Assembly: GCA_973895155.1 (NCBI GenBank)
Contig: OZ316896.1
Location: forward strand, 5,275,925 to 5,339,924
DNA length: 64,000 bases
Direction: 5' to 3'
From: Marsupella aquatica
Taxonomy: Eukaryota; Plantae; Marchantiophyta
Of this stretch, positions 1-13,200 are shown in pieces. The position numbers and the translations under genes are program-made. Position 1 is the first letter of the stretch; the number at the start of each line of letters is the position of its first letter. Below the pieces are notes generated by a model. It ran no database searches, had not been told where the DNA came from, and saw nothing but the letters and a program-made list of their open reading frames with translations.

Positions 1-381
1 ATATAGATACATTAAAAATCAGAACCTAAAAAAACCAAATGTAGAAACCAGGATGGTATTTGCCTCACATTTCCCAAGGATTTTGCGGTGCAATTGGGAG
101 AAAAAAGGAGGCACATGCCAAACAAAGAAAAAAATAGTATAGTAGAACAAAGAAAACAATAAGTATTTAAGTAACATAGATGGAAAGGCATAGCTACAAA
201 GCCTTAGAGCACTAAAGGCATACACCAACATGGTATTTGCTTAGCAGCTCCCAGGTTATTGACACTTGCGACTGGGAAAGGAAAGATGGCACATGTGAAA
301 CAAACATGAAAAACACTAGTGAAACAAAGAACCCATGAAAAAAACTCAAGTGGTGAAAAGAAAAAAACACAAGTTAGAAAC

Positions 382-819
382 CTAAAATCGGAAACCCACA
401 TGTTCTTCGCCCGGTAGTTCCCAAGTGGATTGCATTACAGCTGTGACTGCTGCTGGGAAGGGTGTTCTATCAGCAAAGCTAGCAATATATGCTAGTTTGC
501 GATACACAATATATCTCTGTCGACGAGGAACTGTTTCAGTGTATGCCCATGCAGCACACATATGAAAAGCTTCAGCTGTCGCAGGGGAAAGAACCTGGGC
601 AGAGTTGAGGTCCTCAAGGTTGTCGTCTATCGCCGTGCAAAAAGCCGGGAACCTAGCAACTATGTCAGCATGTCTCAAAAGTCGGAATTTGCGACGTCCA
701 GGTCGAGGAACAGGCCATGATAAGTGATATATGTGATCTCCATAGGAGATCAGCTCTGCCGGTCTGTTATGATGCTCGGCGCTCCTACAAAACATATGTA
801 GGAAATTCAACACATACAC
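382..819 (-). CDS. Hypothetical ORF or terminal exon, probably transposon-associated; C-terminus resembles the P2X7-ballast/KolX-like motif
   Basis: 145-codon ORF ending RYIVYRKLAYIASFADRTPFPAAVTAVMQSTWELPGEEHVGFRF*. Spacing resembles the R-x3-YR...R-x-P-x-P-xx-V...GF pattern, by eye only. Lies among AT-rich DNA and tandem repeats. Confidence 0.3.
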   Translation of the reverse strand: MYVLNFLHMFCRSAEHHNRPAELISYGDHIYHLSWPVPRPGRRKFRLLRHADIVARFPAFCTAIDDNLEDLNSAQVLSPATAEAFHMCAAWAYTETVPRRQRYIVYRKLAYIASFADRTPFPAAVTAVMQSTWELPGEEHVGFRF

Positions 820-1172
820 TTGTTATCCCTAGAACACTAATGCAAGTAATTTATGTTTGATGGAGGTTATATTGTACAGCCAATTGAGCAACAACAAGCA
901 AGTATTATGTGTGCATGAAAGAAAGTTAATTGTAAATAAATTCACATAGTTTGCAAGGTAGACAAAGTATATGCATGCAAGGTGCCAACACACGGAAATG
1001 TAAACATGATTGACCAAGAAAAAAATGAAGGGTAATAGCAAGTTTTATGCATGCATATTTGAAAGTCTTCGGTCAGTTGGAAGAAAAAATTAAAATTGTA
1101 GACATGCGTGATTGAATGTACCTGAAATTATTCATTGCAAGGGTGATCGATAACCCCTTCAATAACTTGGGT

Positions 1173-1345
1173 AAGTATTCTGAAGGGATGAGAACAACCA
1201 AACTGCAGAACCGCCGATCAAAGAACACTGAAAGTATTCTGAAGGGATGAGAACAACCGAACTGCAGAACCGCCGATCAAAGAACAAAAGTATTCTGAAG
1301 GGATGAGAACAACCGAACTGCAGAACCGCCGATCAAAGAACAAAA
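1173..1345. repeat. Tandem repeat, unit about 57-59 bp, 3 copies
   Basis: aagtattctgaagggatgagaacaacc(a/g)aactgcagaaccgccgatcaaagaaca occurs three times head-to-tail. Confidence 0.95.
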
Positions 1346-1646
1346 TGAGCTGCGCGCAGTAGTTCAAGCACGCCCTTCTTCTTTGGAGTGTCCTAAACAC
1401 AAAAACTAGGCTAGCGAACAACCAAGGAAAATGAGCTGCAAGCGGGGCTGCAAGTGTACTTGAAGCATGCCCACCCTTCTTACTAGAGTCGTAAACCAAA
1501 AGTGAGAAGCAGCACAACTACACAGTTTTGGTCGTAAACATAAAGAGCGAGAACCAATTATGGAAGCATAGAGTTTTTATATACACAACCTGTGTGAGCA
1601 CAATAGGCATGGGCAAGGCATTACTGTGAGCGTCACTGGCCATAGC

Positions 1647-1918
1647 AGCGCAAAGTAGCTTCATTGGCCTAATGTATTGTTAGTATGCTGCTTGAATTGA
1701 CAGAGGATGGGCGCCCGGATGGGAGGCCAATTGTAATTGAGTGTGATTGGCCACCGAAAGATTCATAGCATTTCGGATTAGCGCAAAGTAGGTGAGCTTC
1801 ATTGGCCTAATGTATTCTTAGTATGCTGCTTGAATTGATAGAGGATGGGCGCCCGGATGGGAGGCCAATTGTAATTGAGTGTGATTGGCCACCGAAAGAT
1901 TCATAGCATTTTGGATTT
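1647..1918. repeat. Tandem duplication, about 135 bp x2
   Basis: agcgcaaagtag...cttcattggcctaatgtatt...gaaagattcatagcattt(c/t)ggatt is present twice with few differences. Confidence 0.93.
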
Positions 1919-2804
1919 GCGTGGGTGATGCACTCATCCACAGGTATGCAAAGACCCGTGCAAAGAGTGTCGGTGAGGATAGACGTTGCCCAAGAAGTGG
2001 GTTCACAGAATCGGAAAACTTGATTTTGTCAGCGGCTCTAAAGAAATCTTCTTCTTCTTCGTTTGCAAGCAGTTATCGAGACAGGCAAGCATAGCATAAA
2101 GTTGCCTCAATGACCTGATTGTAGACGTCCATCTCCATGATTTCCCCAGCAGATCGGCTTACAAGCGGTAGCCAGTCGGAGCTCATTCGACCCAGAGTAG
2201 GAGTTGTACAATAGTAGCATCGAGCGCCCTCTCTAGGAAGAACTTGTATGAAATAATGAGAAGAAGAAGAAGTCATCGTCGTTAGTAAGGCTCCATTGGG
2301 CAGTCGCTCGTGTGATCTGCGATGAAAGTGCCTGAACCCGAGCCCTCCCTTCCGTTGTAGCGAAAGTAAGGTCCTGTTATAACAAGCTCGGGGGGGCGAT
2401 TGAGTTGAAGATCTTAACATGAGCCAAACTAGTTCATTGAAGGGAGAATTTTGTTTTCAATCCTCTTTGTAAGGATGCATATTTTTCGGCGGAGTAGGTT
2501 GGTAGGCCATTCTGCAGAGTGGATGGTAATTAGAGCTTCATGTAGAATTCCTGAAAGTTGCTGACAGGCACGTTCGTTACCTCGGGAGGTTCTGACAATT
2601 TACACACTATGTTGGCCTAGTTGTGAGTACCAGTAATTGCATATCGTGGTGGTCCAGCCATTCAATTCCGGGGTTATAATCACAGGAGATCGAGCTTACT
2701 TGGTTGACTCATTAGCCATGGTCCTATTGTTTCGATAGTGTCTATTGTGGTAGTCAATTCCTGCAGATTACAATGAAAGAGCTACTATAGAACATAAAAA
2801 ATTG

Positions 2805-3290
2805 ATCATGCTGAAGTAACGATAGTGCCCACTGCCGACTGTTGAGCATGGAGATGAGCTTGATTTGATCGTGCCGAAGTAACGATAGTGCCCACTCCCA
2901 CTATAGCGCCCACTACCAACTGTTGAGCATGGAGATGAGCTTGATGATAGGAGATGAGCTTGATCACAGGAGATGCCTTCAAGGGACCCTAAAATTCCTG
3001 CTCTAAGGTGTCGCGCTCTGTTTGTAAAATCTGGTCACTCCACAATCATCTGAATTTGTAAAGATGAGGTCGATGTGACATTGCTCTAATTGGCTTGTGA
3101 ACACTGGCGCAGCATGAGAGCCAAGAGGAAATGGATCGTTCGGGCTTGTGAACACTCGCGCAGCATGAGCGCCAGGAGGAAAAGGGTCGTTCGACTCTGC
3201 TTTGGACTCACACGCAGCATGGGAGGAGGAAAAGTATGACTCTGTGAGTAAAAGCATGGGAACTCTGCTGTGGACACTGGCGCATCACGA
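2805..3290. repeat. Cluster of short degenerate tandem repeats
   Basis: Repeated gttgagcatggagatgagcttgat and gaagtaacgatagtgcccact (about 2805-2965), and cttgtgaacact(g/c)gcgcagcatgag (about 3094-3290). Confidence 0.75.
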
Positions 3291-6069
3291 GCGAGAGTAC
3301 TTGGCCACCTATGCTTCTGAAACTCCCTCCGTAAAACGAGTAGAGACACTGGGCCAGGTGTAGAGCTGACCGGGCCAAAAAGTGACCTGCCAGAAAAAGA
3401 CGGGAGTGCCTGGAGCTAGGTTGTTGCCTATATTAAGCAACCTGGTATAACCAGGTTTTGGCAGTGGACAGTGGCGGTTTAAAGATCTTTCATGGTCCTT
3501 GTTTATAGAGACAGGGGAACCTGCTAATCTGAATGATGGAGCAAGTGTCACGACGCTGGTGACTCTGCATGGCTGCTGGAACTCTCGAACAATTCAAGTG
3601 GCAAGTTCAGCATTTGAACCCTTCATCTACAATTTGGGCCAAATCTGTTCAGACAAACCTCATGTACAGTATAATTATGAAAGGCCACCACTGGAGATGG
3701 TCAAAGCCCCCCATCCTGACCTTGAAGGAACCTGGATATACGTGATTGCTAGAGATTGAGAGGATAGAGACGAGGGAGGAGAGCTGCATGAAATGTTTCT
3801 GTAATGTGCCTAATCGGTAGAGAGAGTGCCATGTGAAAATACGGATTCCAGCATGGAAATCAGAACTTTTCTTCAGTACTGTAGCTTCTCAACTGACTAT
3901 CTAAGGGACATATATATTGGGGCGATGAGTAGGGGCCGGGAGAAGCTGGAGAGAAGAAGTTCGGCAATGAGCTACCTGTCCGTCCGTAGGTCGTACTGCT
4001 GATCGATCTACAATTATGGTACAGTACTCACAGTATCAACAGCAATGCCTACGCAAGTACCAGTACGCAGTCTAGGAATGCAGTACGTTTTACGGTGCGC
4101 GGTTAAGGAGCACACTACTCTAGGCCCTCTAAAGCCGCTGAATTGCAGTTGTGCTCGATCAGATCTCAGCAGGAGCACAACTGTCGAGCTTTGAAGCCCC
4201 ACAACGCGCACACGGCACACCAGGAAAAAGGAATCACTCACTTCACTTATTATGTGAGCAAAGTGAGCAGGCAAGCTTGGCCACAACAGCACTACAAATG
4301 TTCACCAACGTAGTAGTACTGTCAAGTCTACCATTCTCTCTCTGCAGTGGCCTGGCCCACCAAGCGCCAGGCCCTAGCCTGGATCGACACTATATATAAA
4401 TATAATATATTTAGTTTAAGTTGGATCGGGGGGGCGCTCAGGCTCAGAGTCGTCACGAAAAGATGGCGATAGTGTGAATTGACATGAATTTCAAGATTTC
4501 AAATCTTGAAGGTAGGAACGGGATTGGTACAACGAGAAAGAGCATGGAAGACGTCCACGACAGCAACAGCTGCCTCTCCCACCACCAGTGGTCCGTGGCG
4601 AAGATTCTGTGAGCTGCGTGCAGGGAAGATAAGGACTCCACTGTGGAAGAACATTCGCAGTCGCTCTAGAGCTGGGCGAGCTGGTTCAAGATCATTGATC
4701 TACAGCGTGCAATCTAAGCGGGTGCAATAAGGACTGCTGTGGAACATCATTCTATGCTTGACTTGATTGATGGATTACTGTTAATTACTACCGGAGAGGA
4801 CGGACCGACCCCACCTTGTTGGCACAACCACCGTGCATGGCCCATCGCGTTCAACAGGAGACTGATCGCCTAAGTTTCATCTCCGCTTTTCGACAGTACT
4901 TGGTTTCTCAGAATCTACCACCGCTCCATACTAGGCAGTCCTTCACTTTTGTTATGCAAGTACTAAGGATGCAAAATGTTGCGGATTCCAAGGAGTTTCA
5001 TGCACATTGTGATGGGTTTCTTGGCAGCCCATCACCTTCACTGCCACCAGGATAGCTCTCATGCATTTTATCTAGCTGTTCCGGATCAACCACCGCAGCA
5101 GCTTAGCGAGTAAACTTAAACTTACTGCCTCGCTTAGTGGCAGAAAAATGACTGTATTTGTCGTCCTTAGTCCTTCAAATGGGCCTGCTTTTGTCGGTGA
5201 TGGCCAGAAGCATCTAAAACACTGAAGAAAAAGTCCAAAACAGCTCAAAAGATTATGTGAGGTCGGGATCGGATGGTGTTCAGACCCCATCGATCACAGG
5301 CTGACTGCAATTTGAACGTCACCGACACGTAGGAGCTCTTTGTAGGGCCAAACTATCTCCTTGAACTCCAACGACGTTCTAAAACACACGATCCACAAAT
5401 GAGACTGACTCCACACCCAAATTGTGAGCTAACAATGGCTTACTGGTACCGAATAGGCGAGATGGGTACAGACTTCAAGAAACTAAGAAAATGTCCATCA
5501 ACGTTTGAGAAAGGTCGAGCGAAAAGCATTTTATGTCTTGTTGAGAGAGCTGAACACATGACAATATAATAACTAATACCTACGAAATTCGAATTCTCTA
5601 TATATTTGGGGATTTCTTCATATGAATCTCCACATGACTGTGATGATCTAACTAAGGAACTAATTCTGAATCTGACTGCAGGTAACATGTAACTCAATCG
5701 TTTCTTGAATCAAAACTAGTTCAAGTAGTATGTCTCAAGCTATATACACACCGTGATATATTTTTTCTCATCATATGATCTAATGTTGGTACAAAGAGCT
5801 TGAAAGCAGAAAGAATTAGCAAGACGAGGCAAAACTCAGGGTGTTCACTAATATGTGAAGTAGTCCCTCACATGGCTGCCTACTCCGTTGATCGATCGAT
5901 CCATTACCTGCTTCGTCCTGTACTGCAGTGCTTGCAGCCTACAGCCTCAGTAAGTGTACATTTGGTTCTATCGATGCAGCACTGTCCCATGTAGCTAGCT
6001 AACGCGATCTTTACAGAGACCAATGTTATATATGATAGTAGTTGCGAATATATTGATCAATGTACCAAC

Positions 6070-7217
6070 TTAGCCATGCGGAGGAGGGTATTTGTACTTC
6101 TTCACAGTGTGTATCGTGTCGCCCGGCCCGTACTCATTCCCAATAGGATTTGGACCAGCAGGATTCTTGTGCAACATGCTGCTGTATGTGTATTTCCTAT
6201 GTTGCTCCCCAGTGACCCGATTGAATTCCACTAGCGATCTGGCAGTCTTCAGACCGTCGTCGCTGACGGATTCGCTCTTAAACGGATAATCCTGCGATGC
6301 ATACATACAAAAATAAAACAATGTCAACAAATTCCCATTCATCTATGCTTTCAAATTGAAGCTAGCGTCGATCAGTGCAACAAAAGACGATCTCAAAATT
6401 ATGGTGACAGATGGATAGCTTTGCCTGCCAGCAAACCAATGAGAAAGATCGTCCGAGTGATCCTCAAGCTAGCTAGCACTGAATCTGATCTAAGATAATG
6501 ATGCCCTTGATGGCATCGGCGGGCAGAGACCGCTTAGAATCTCCATATATTTCAATGGCGAGAACCCAGACAACTGCCTTAGATTGCTTGATTGCAATGC
6601 GTTTGTCTCATTTGTAACTTACACGATTCAGCTAACTAGTAATGGATGAGAATAGGGTTCACTGGCAGTTTTGTGGACCTATTTCTATCCCAGATATTTT
6701 ACTGAGGGCCCTAGCATCCAACGCGAAATCAAAGAGAGCCAAAGTATCAGTTTTAAAACGCAACCTCGCAAATTTTTGGCTCATGTAGAGCTTCGGGCCT
6801 TACCTCAACAGGGGATGGCGATTTTCGTTGCATATTGAGTACGTTTTCAGCCCGTTGTGCAGTTGACAGGTGAAGACGAGGCAAAATAGAATTTTGTCGC
6901 GAAGTTTCGAGCAGCCGGAGTACAACCGTGCTCAATTCATCACCTGCCAAATGCTTGTTAGACCAAGAATGCGATGGATGAACAAGGCTGAGCTACCTAG
7001 AAAAGGATATAGTGTTCTGGCCGGATTACTAGATGATCGATTCGCTCACGATCTACTGAGGGGAAACCCTAGCTTCCCAAGCAAATAATGGGTGCTCAGC
7101 AAGAGTGGATCCATGTATGAATCAACGTGTACCTTGTAAAGGTCGAGCACAGTCGGTTAAGGTTGTCAATGTACATGCGATTATAAAAAATAGTCGCACA
7201 GTTGCACGATATGACAT
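6070..7217 (-). CDS. CLE1: CLE peptide precursor, H-type/TDIF-like (MpCLE1-like), 3 coding exons, 148 aa
   Basis: Exons 7217-7133 (MSYRATVRLFFIIACTLTTLTDCARPLQ, signal-peptide-like; donor GTACAC), 6943-6804 (acceptor TTGGCAG, donor GTAAGG) and 6291-6070 (acceptor TCGCAG). Phases 1 and 0 join without stops. The CLE box HKNPAGPNPIGN is at 6171-6136, similar to TDIF HEVPSGPNPISN. Confidence 0.9.
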
Positions 7218-10200
7218 TTCTCTAGCTCGATTTGTAAGTGCTCAACGAGCATCAATTTAGGGAATTGAGCTTGACTCTGCGAAAACCTGTGTACTCAATC
7301 GACTCAAAATTACATGCAGCATCAGCTAGCTAGCTGAACTTAGATACTTTGGTAGTCAGGACTGGCAATCAGACGAGTCTGCCTTCACAGAAACGTAAAA
7401 GTCCTGCAACCAACAGAATGAGAAGGAGAAGACGAAGTTCACAATATCTCAGTGATCAAGAGCCATTATAAAGTCTGTGATTTCCCTGTGGGACTTGGAG
7501 GAAAAGTGATGTGAAGGACGCATTTTGAGAAATGGGTGCATTTCCCACGCATTATTTTGGACTGTAGCAAGTCTGCCCCACCGAGGCTGAACTAGCTACC
7601 CTATGTCCTTCGGATCTATGTTAGACTGACCTGCAGACCCTAGCCATGTTTTTAATATTCTTATGACAGAGACTGTATTTTACGAGGTTTGCTTTTTCAG
7701 ACATACGGTGTAGAATGAATTATTATATTGGGTTTAATCTGAGTACTCCAAATTATCGTTATCTGCGACTGCTGGCCGACCTTGGTTGTACAAAAAACAG
7801 GAAGGTAATCAAACATAAAATCCTTGTCTGTCGTTGGATTCCAGAGACACTTTTTTTTGAGAAAAATGTCTGGAATGTATTTGGTGATTGTCGCATTTTT
7901 CAATCCATCAAGAGGGACCATTTGCAAAGTTAGATAATTACTGATTTTCAATCCTGCCCATAAACGATTAGTCGAAACGATTCATGAACTGAAATCGAGA
8001 GTTTAACGTGAATGGGGCCTAAAATGCGACAGTGACGTTCATTCTCGGTTCAAATAGCCTTTCCTCTCGATCTGAAGGACATAGAAGTGATTGCACAGCG
8101 TTGTTCTATGGTAAGCATACCTGGTCAATTACTCCTATGGTTTGTAGTCTTGGCCCAAGTCTTTGACTACAATAATGTTCGATTATGCAATATTCACTTT
8201 TCGTATATCTTGCCAACTGTTCCTGCAGGTCAAGTGTCGGAAGGCCGCACTGTAGGTGCCTGCTTCTATAGCCTGTGTGGCTATTTCTTCATATGTCTAT
8301 TAAATTTTACTTTTTAATTTCAAGACGAGAGTTTAGAGTGCCAGGATTTCTGCAAAGTCTACAGTCCCAAAGATTCTGGCAACTTCCCGTTTTGCAAAGG
8401 TCCTTGTTTACGATTGAGGCATGGCTTCTGACCTATGAACTTCTGAGGAGTCTCTTCTTGCCATAATCGCCCAATTAAACTTTATTATTAATTGTAGATC
8501 GGCATTTTGCGAAGGTTTCTTTCAATATCAATCATATCACAGTTAATTGACAAGATTTCGATTTCGATTGACAGAGACAATGGGAAGAATCGAGATTCGA
8601 TCATTGATGGGTCTGGAAGATTTAATCTGTGGCGTGGGGCAATTTGGGTCCTCGAGAAATGCATGTATGCCGCTTGTGAGTTACAAAGGGAACTGAGCCT
8701 CTTGCCAATTGTAAGTTCCAGCCATGGTTGTGCAGGTAATTAATGGGAACAGGGTACAAGAAAATTGTCATAATCTCCGCCCCATTGTGAGCTAAACACC
8801 ACCACCATGGCATACCATAATTATATCCGAGCAGCGATCCTGGCCTGTGGATCGAGGATAAGTTCATTGAGTTGAATCCAGTATCCGCTCGAGTATCCGC
8901 TCCGGCCACTTTGTCTTCTGGTGGTGTTTTTAATTCATTTTTGCAATGGATCCCCGTGTTCTGATCTTGACTGACAGGACGGATCTGGACGGGTCTGGAA
9001 AGTCATGATCACGTTCTGCTAGTTCTATGCCAGCAAGTTTGACTCAGGTGCGAAGCATTTATGTTGATACTTTAGTTTAAAGCAAGCTAGCTAGCTGCAG
9101 CGACAGTCGCATGCATTCCTATTCAAATTCACAACGTTATACACAGTTCACATCGCTGTCTATTTCGTAGTCATATCTACATACCACAGAGAAAACTACT
9201 GTAAGTCCCCACCGAAGTCACTTCGACCTGGTGGCGGTATCTTACTACAAGAATGTGACGGTGTCTAATCATATAACTTATTATTAATTAGGTGCATGTA
9301 GCTGGACGGTAGTTCCGGTCTCCAAGCCACGTTGGATGAGGGTTGGTCCACTCTGCACATAAATAACAAGTTGCTGACATCCAGGTAATTGATATGTGCG
9401 TTGATAGTAAAATATCCGAGCGCGACCTTCTCTATCTGGCCTGACCAAAACGAAGTGTTGTCTGGTTTCGTGTAAGCGGAAAATCTCATCGATAGAACAG
9501 TGCAAGTGAGAGGCCGACCTCGCAAAATCTCATGGCAAACTGAAGCACTGAAACCAGACTCAATTCTGCATTAGCGGGAAGTACAGTCAGTGAGCAAGTG
9601 AGCAAATGTTTGGGTACAGGAACTCAACGGTTTTTTGCATTTGCCATCATTGCACAGGCAAAAGAGTATCGTTTACATCATTATCAAATGATAGCAATGA
9701 AGTGTTAATTCTCTATTTGTGGTGTGAGAGCAATGCTGTACACAATTGGCTACCGTTTGGGGCAACATCCAATTTGCAAGGTGGGATATGGACAGTGAAT
9801 AATATTTAAGGCACTCAAGCAAGTATATTGTTGGCCCAAACCCTATAGAAAAATGAGAAATCCTCTGCCACATGACGGTACAGAAAACTGTCGATCACTG
9901 TCAGGAGTAATTTAAGTTAGTGAGGCGACATCCACCAGGGCCCAAATTGTACTCCACCTAGATATGTGAACATGTGTCATAACATATAATCACATAATCA
10001 CATTAGAACTATTAATATATTAGTTTGTCCACACCGACCACATCAACCTTCGTCGTCTGGTAATATGTCTTTTTTTTTCTCAACTAGCCTTATCTGTGTC
10101 ATATCATGACATATTCATGACAATGTCCTTTTTGGAGAAGATTTGGACTTTTAAAAAGACAATGTGAAAAGGGGTTTGAAGACCTAATGTAGGCATATTG

Positions 10201-13200
10201 CAAGATTGGGCTTTAATCTTAAGCATTGATAGTGTGACAGTTCTTTCCTTAATCTTCTTTTTTCATAAAGATTGCCGACCATGCAACACTCTGTCATTTC
10301 CAGGGCTATCCAGGGCAATTTGGGCAACTGGACAGAGCTTTGAATTTTGAGGGGATTTAATTGTAATATGGCAATAAATTGCTAGCATATATAGTCTAAA
10401 CATATTTTAAATAATATGTAAATAAATACCTAATCTTAACTATATTTTGAATCATGCGAGAGTTTTCAAGTGCTCTTTTCTGGTTTGATCCATTTTTTTT
10501 CTACACTTTGAAGACAGCGCAAAAAGCAGTCTCCACTCTTACTGTTTGATCCTTGTTTTTTTCTCTTCACACTTGAAACGAAGCCCAACCAAACCCGCAA
10601 CCAAATCCATGGAAGTTGAAGTCTTATAACTCTGTTTACCAAATTAAGAGACAGTTATAAAACCATTCTCAAAATGCCCTGATATAGGCCGGAGTATGCA
10701 TTATGCTCCAAAAAATACAATGAAAATCCCAATTATGCAAAACATTGCTAAGGGATTTAAGGTATTACGAGTGCGGTGTCCCTGTGCTACTCAACATGGA
10801 AATTAATAGCCTGAGTCCCCTTTGATGCTCGCCCAAACTATGGGTCCTACCCCCTAGTTAGATGATTCACTCTAGAGGGTAGACCTAGAATCACAGACTG
10901 CATTCCACTTAATAATAGAAACCCTAAAAGGTCTTCCTTCTGTAGTTGTATTGCAAAATAAATCCATTAGCCAAAACATTCAAAGAATTGGAAGTCTAAT
11001 TTAGTATGATATGTCCGCCGGCTGGTCACTTGATATTATCTTGTGTTAGGTGATGCTGTTTTCGGCTCCTTTGAATTATGCATATTTCTGTATAATTGTT
11101 ACGGACAATGGGCTAACAGGATCTTGTCTTACGGGAAAAGCTCGTACACTTGCACTTTATTTAGCAAGCTTGGTTTGCACCTTAGAGAGAGATCTTATTG
11201 AGAACGGGATTGAGAAATATGTAGAAGCTTGTCCAATACCAATTCTCGACATGGGTGTGACCCCAAACCTAGCCATTGATACAAGAGACTGGCCTGACTG
11301 CCCAAGCTTTTCTCAAGCCGTCCCTACACTAGCCCCGGCCCCACCTCAGAGTCATGGCTCCAGAATGTAAGTTTCAATCACGTACACTAGACGATAATCT
11401 CCAGAATGTAAGTGTCAATTGCAAATTAATAGTCAGATGGGCAAGCCTCCTGGCAAGCTTAAGCCTTCATATTCTGATCGAGACGCGATCCAAGTGGAGG
11501 AAATTTAGTAACTTGTGAGATTATTAGTTAGATGGGTAAGCCTTCTTATTCTGAAACTGCGGGGTGCGTGGTTTAATTCACATTTGTTCTTCGTAGCATA
11601 TTAAAGCGCGAGGCTAGACTGGAATTCTGAGTGAGGATACTCCGAGTCTGATGGATGGATTCTGTTAAAATCGAAACCACCAACTGAAGATGGAATCGGG
11701 ACAGACAACAGACCCAACTAAAAGCTAGAAGTCTCATGGTCTTCCTGTTCAGCTAAGATAGCCATGGCCAACACACAACCGACACCCGCCCATGGAAAAG
11801 AAGACGCTGCAAAGCCCAGTGAGTCACCCACCGCTCGTGCTCTCACCAGCCCACTCTAACACGAACGAGTCCTAGCTTTTCGCAGATTTCTCTTTTCAAT
11901 CTCTTTGATTCTGTTTCTCAGATCATATTCGCGAAGTTCCCAAAACGTGCATCAGAGATTTTGTGGCTCAGACAAGTACACAACAGACTCGATCGTCACG
12001 CGAGTTCGCTTACACACCAACTCGATCGTGACCCCAGACAACGAAGAGATTGAATTGAAAAGCAGTCTCTAACCAGTAGGAGAGAGGGATCGAGGCCCGC
12101 TCCTAACGTTGCCCGAGGTGTGTCGGAAGCTAGTAAGAGAGAAGAAGAAGATGATGGTCGAGAATTGATTGCTTCGAGAATCCCTGAAAACATGGAAGGT
12201 TGGGGTGCATTGGAGCTGCCGAGCCAGGACTTGTCGCCAACACACAGTATGGCGAAAAGACGACGTCGCCTGCTGTGCGTGCCCCCACAACAGCAACTCT
12301 CTGCTACGGTAGTCTCGCTCGGTCATGGATTGCGCATGTGCCAGACTCAGAGAATCTTCTTCACCTCAAGTGTAGCTCAGCCATGTTCCCCCTTGACCAT
12401 CTCTCCACTTAAATGTGCCCACCGAGCCGACCTGCAGCAGGCTTGCAGGCAGCTAGGCAGGCAGGCCGGCTACTAAAGTCACAAGGGCGTCTCGTCCTTG
12501 GCTGACTTTCTCCCATGTCAAAGCATTTATGTCAATCTTCTTCTGTTTCGCTTTTACATCATGGGAGATCATTGTGACATGGCGATCCCCTTCATAGTTA
12601 CTACTCAGAGATGAATTTACTGTCTCTCCCTTTAGTCCAATTCGTAGCCTGGCTATGGAATTCATTTCTTGAGAGGTTCGTCCAGGATTCTGAGTGCTCG
12701 TGGGGCTGGCTCACATTCACCCGGCCCGTTCAAGCAAGGCCGATGACCCGAGGGTTGATTGTCTGATGTCCGAGTGTCCTCCCTCACTCGCTCCCTCACT
12801 ACAATGTACACAAGCTCCAAAGTGCCAGACCCTAGTCGATCAGAGCTGGTGAATTCTTAGTGTATAGGGACTCATTTGCTGAAGAAAAAAACCAGGGCTG
12901 ACGTGCGACAATCGTATTGATAGGATTTTAACCGATCCTATACAGTTTGTAAGTAAAGATAGCGGCTCAAAATTATTCTCCAAGTATCGTACAGTATTCT
13001 TGATGAATAGGAAACACCGCGTGGCAGTTGGGATTGACAGGAAAATCCATGGCACAAATTTCGCCCACAAAACTTTGTCACATTTGCAAGCTCAGAGTCT
13101 GCCTGCAGCCAACGGGAAGGTTGACAATCATCCTCAGTCAACACTGATATTAAATTTGCCCAGATTGATCGCCGGCGATATTCTGTCGATCATGCGCTGA

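Noticed and set aside
1173-1345. CRISPR-like array
   Set aside because: Units are head-to-tail with no unique spacers, there are no cas genes, and the context is eukaryotic.
9201-9245. Hairpin gtaag...ccacc...cgaagtcacttcg...ggtgg...cttac as a miRNA or Helitron end
   Set aside because: Too short and imperfect; no recognisable mature miRNA and no CTRR terminus.
11050-11370. 106-aa ORF ending at a GTAAGT donor-like site
   Set aside because: No recognisable domain and no partner exons found.
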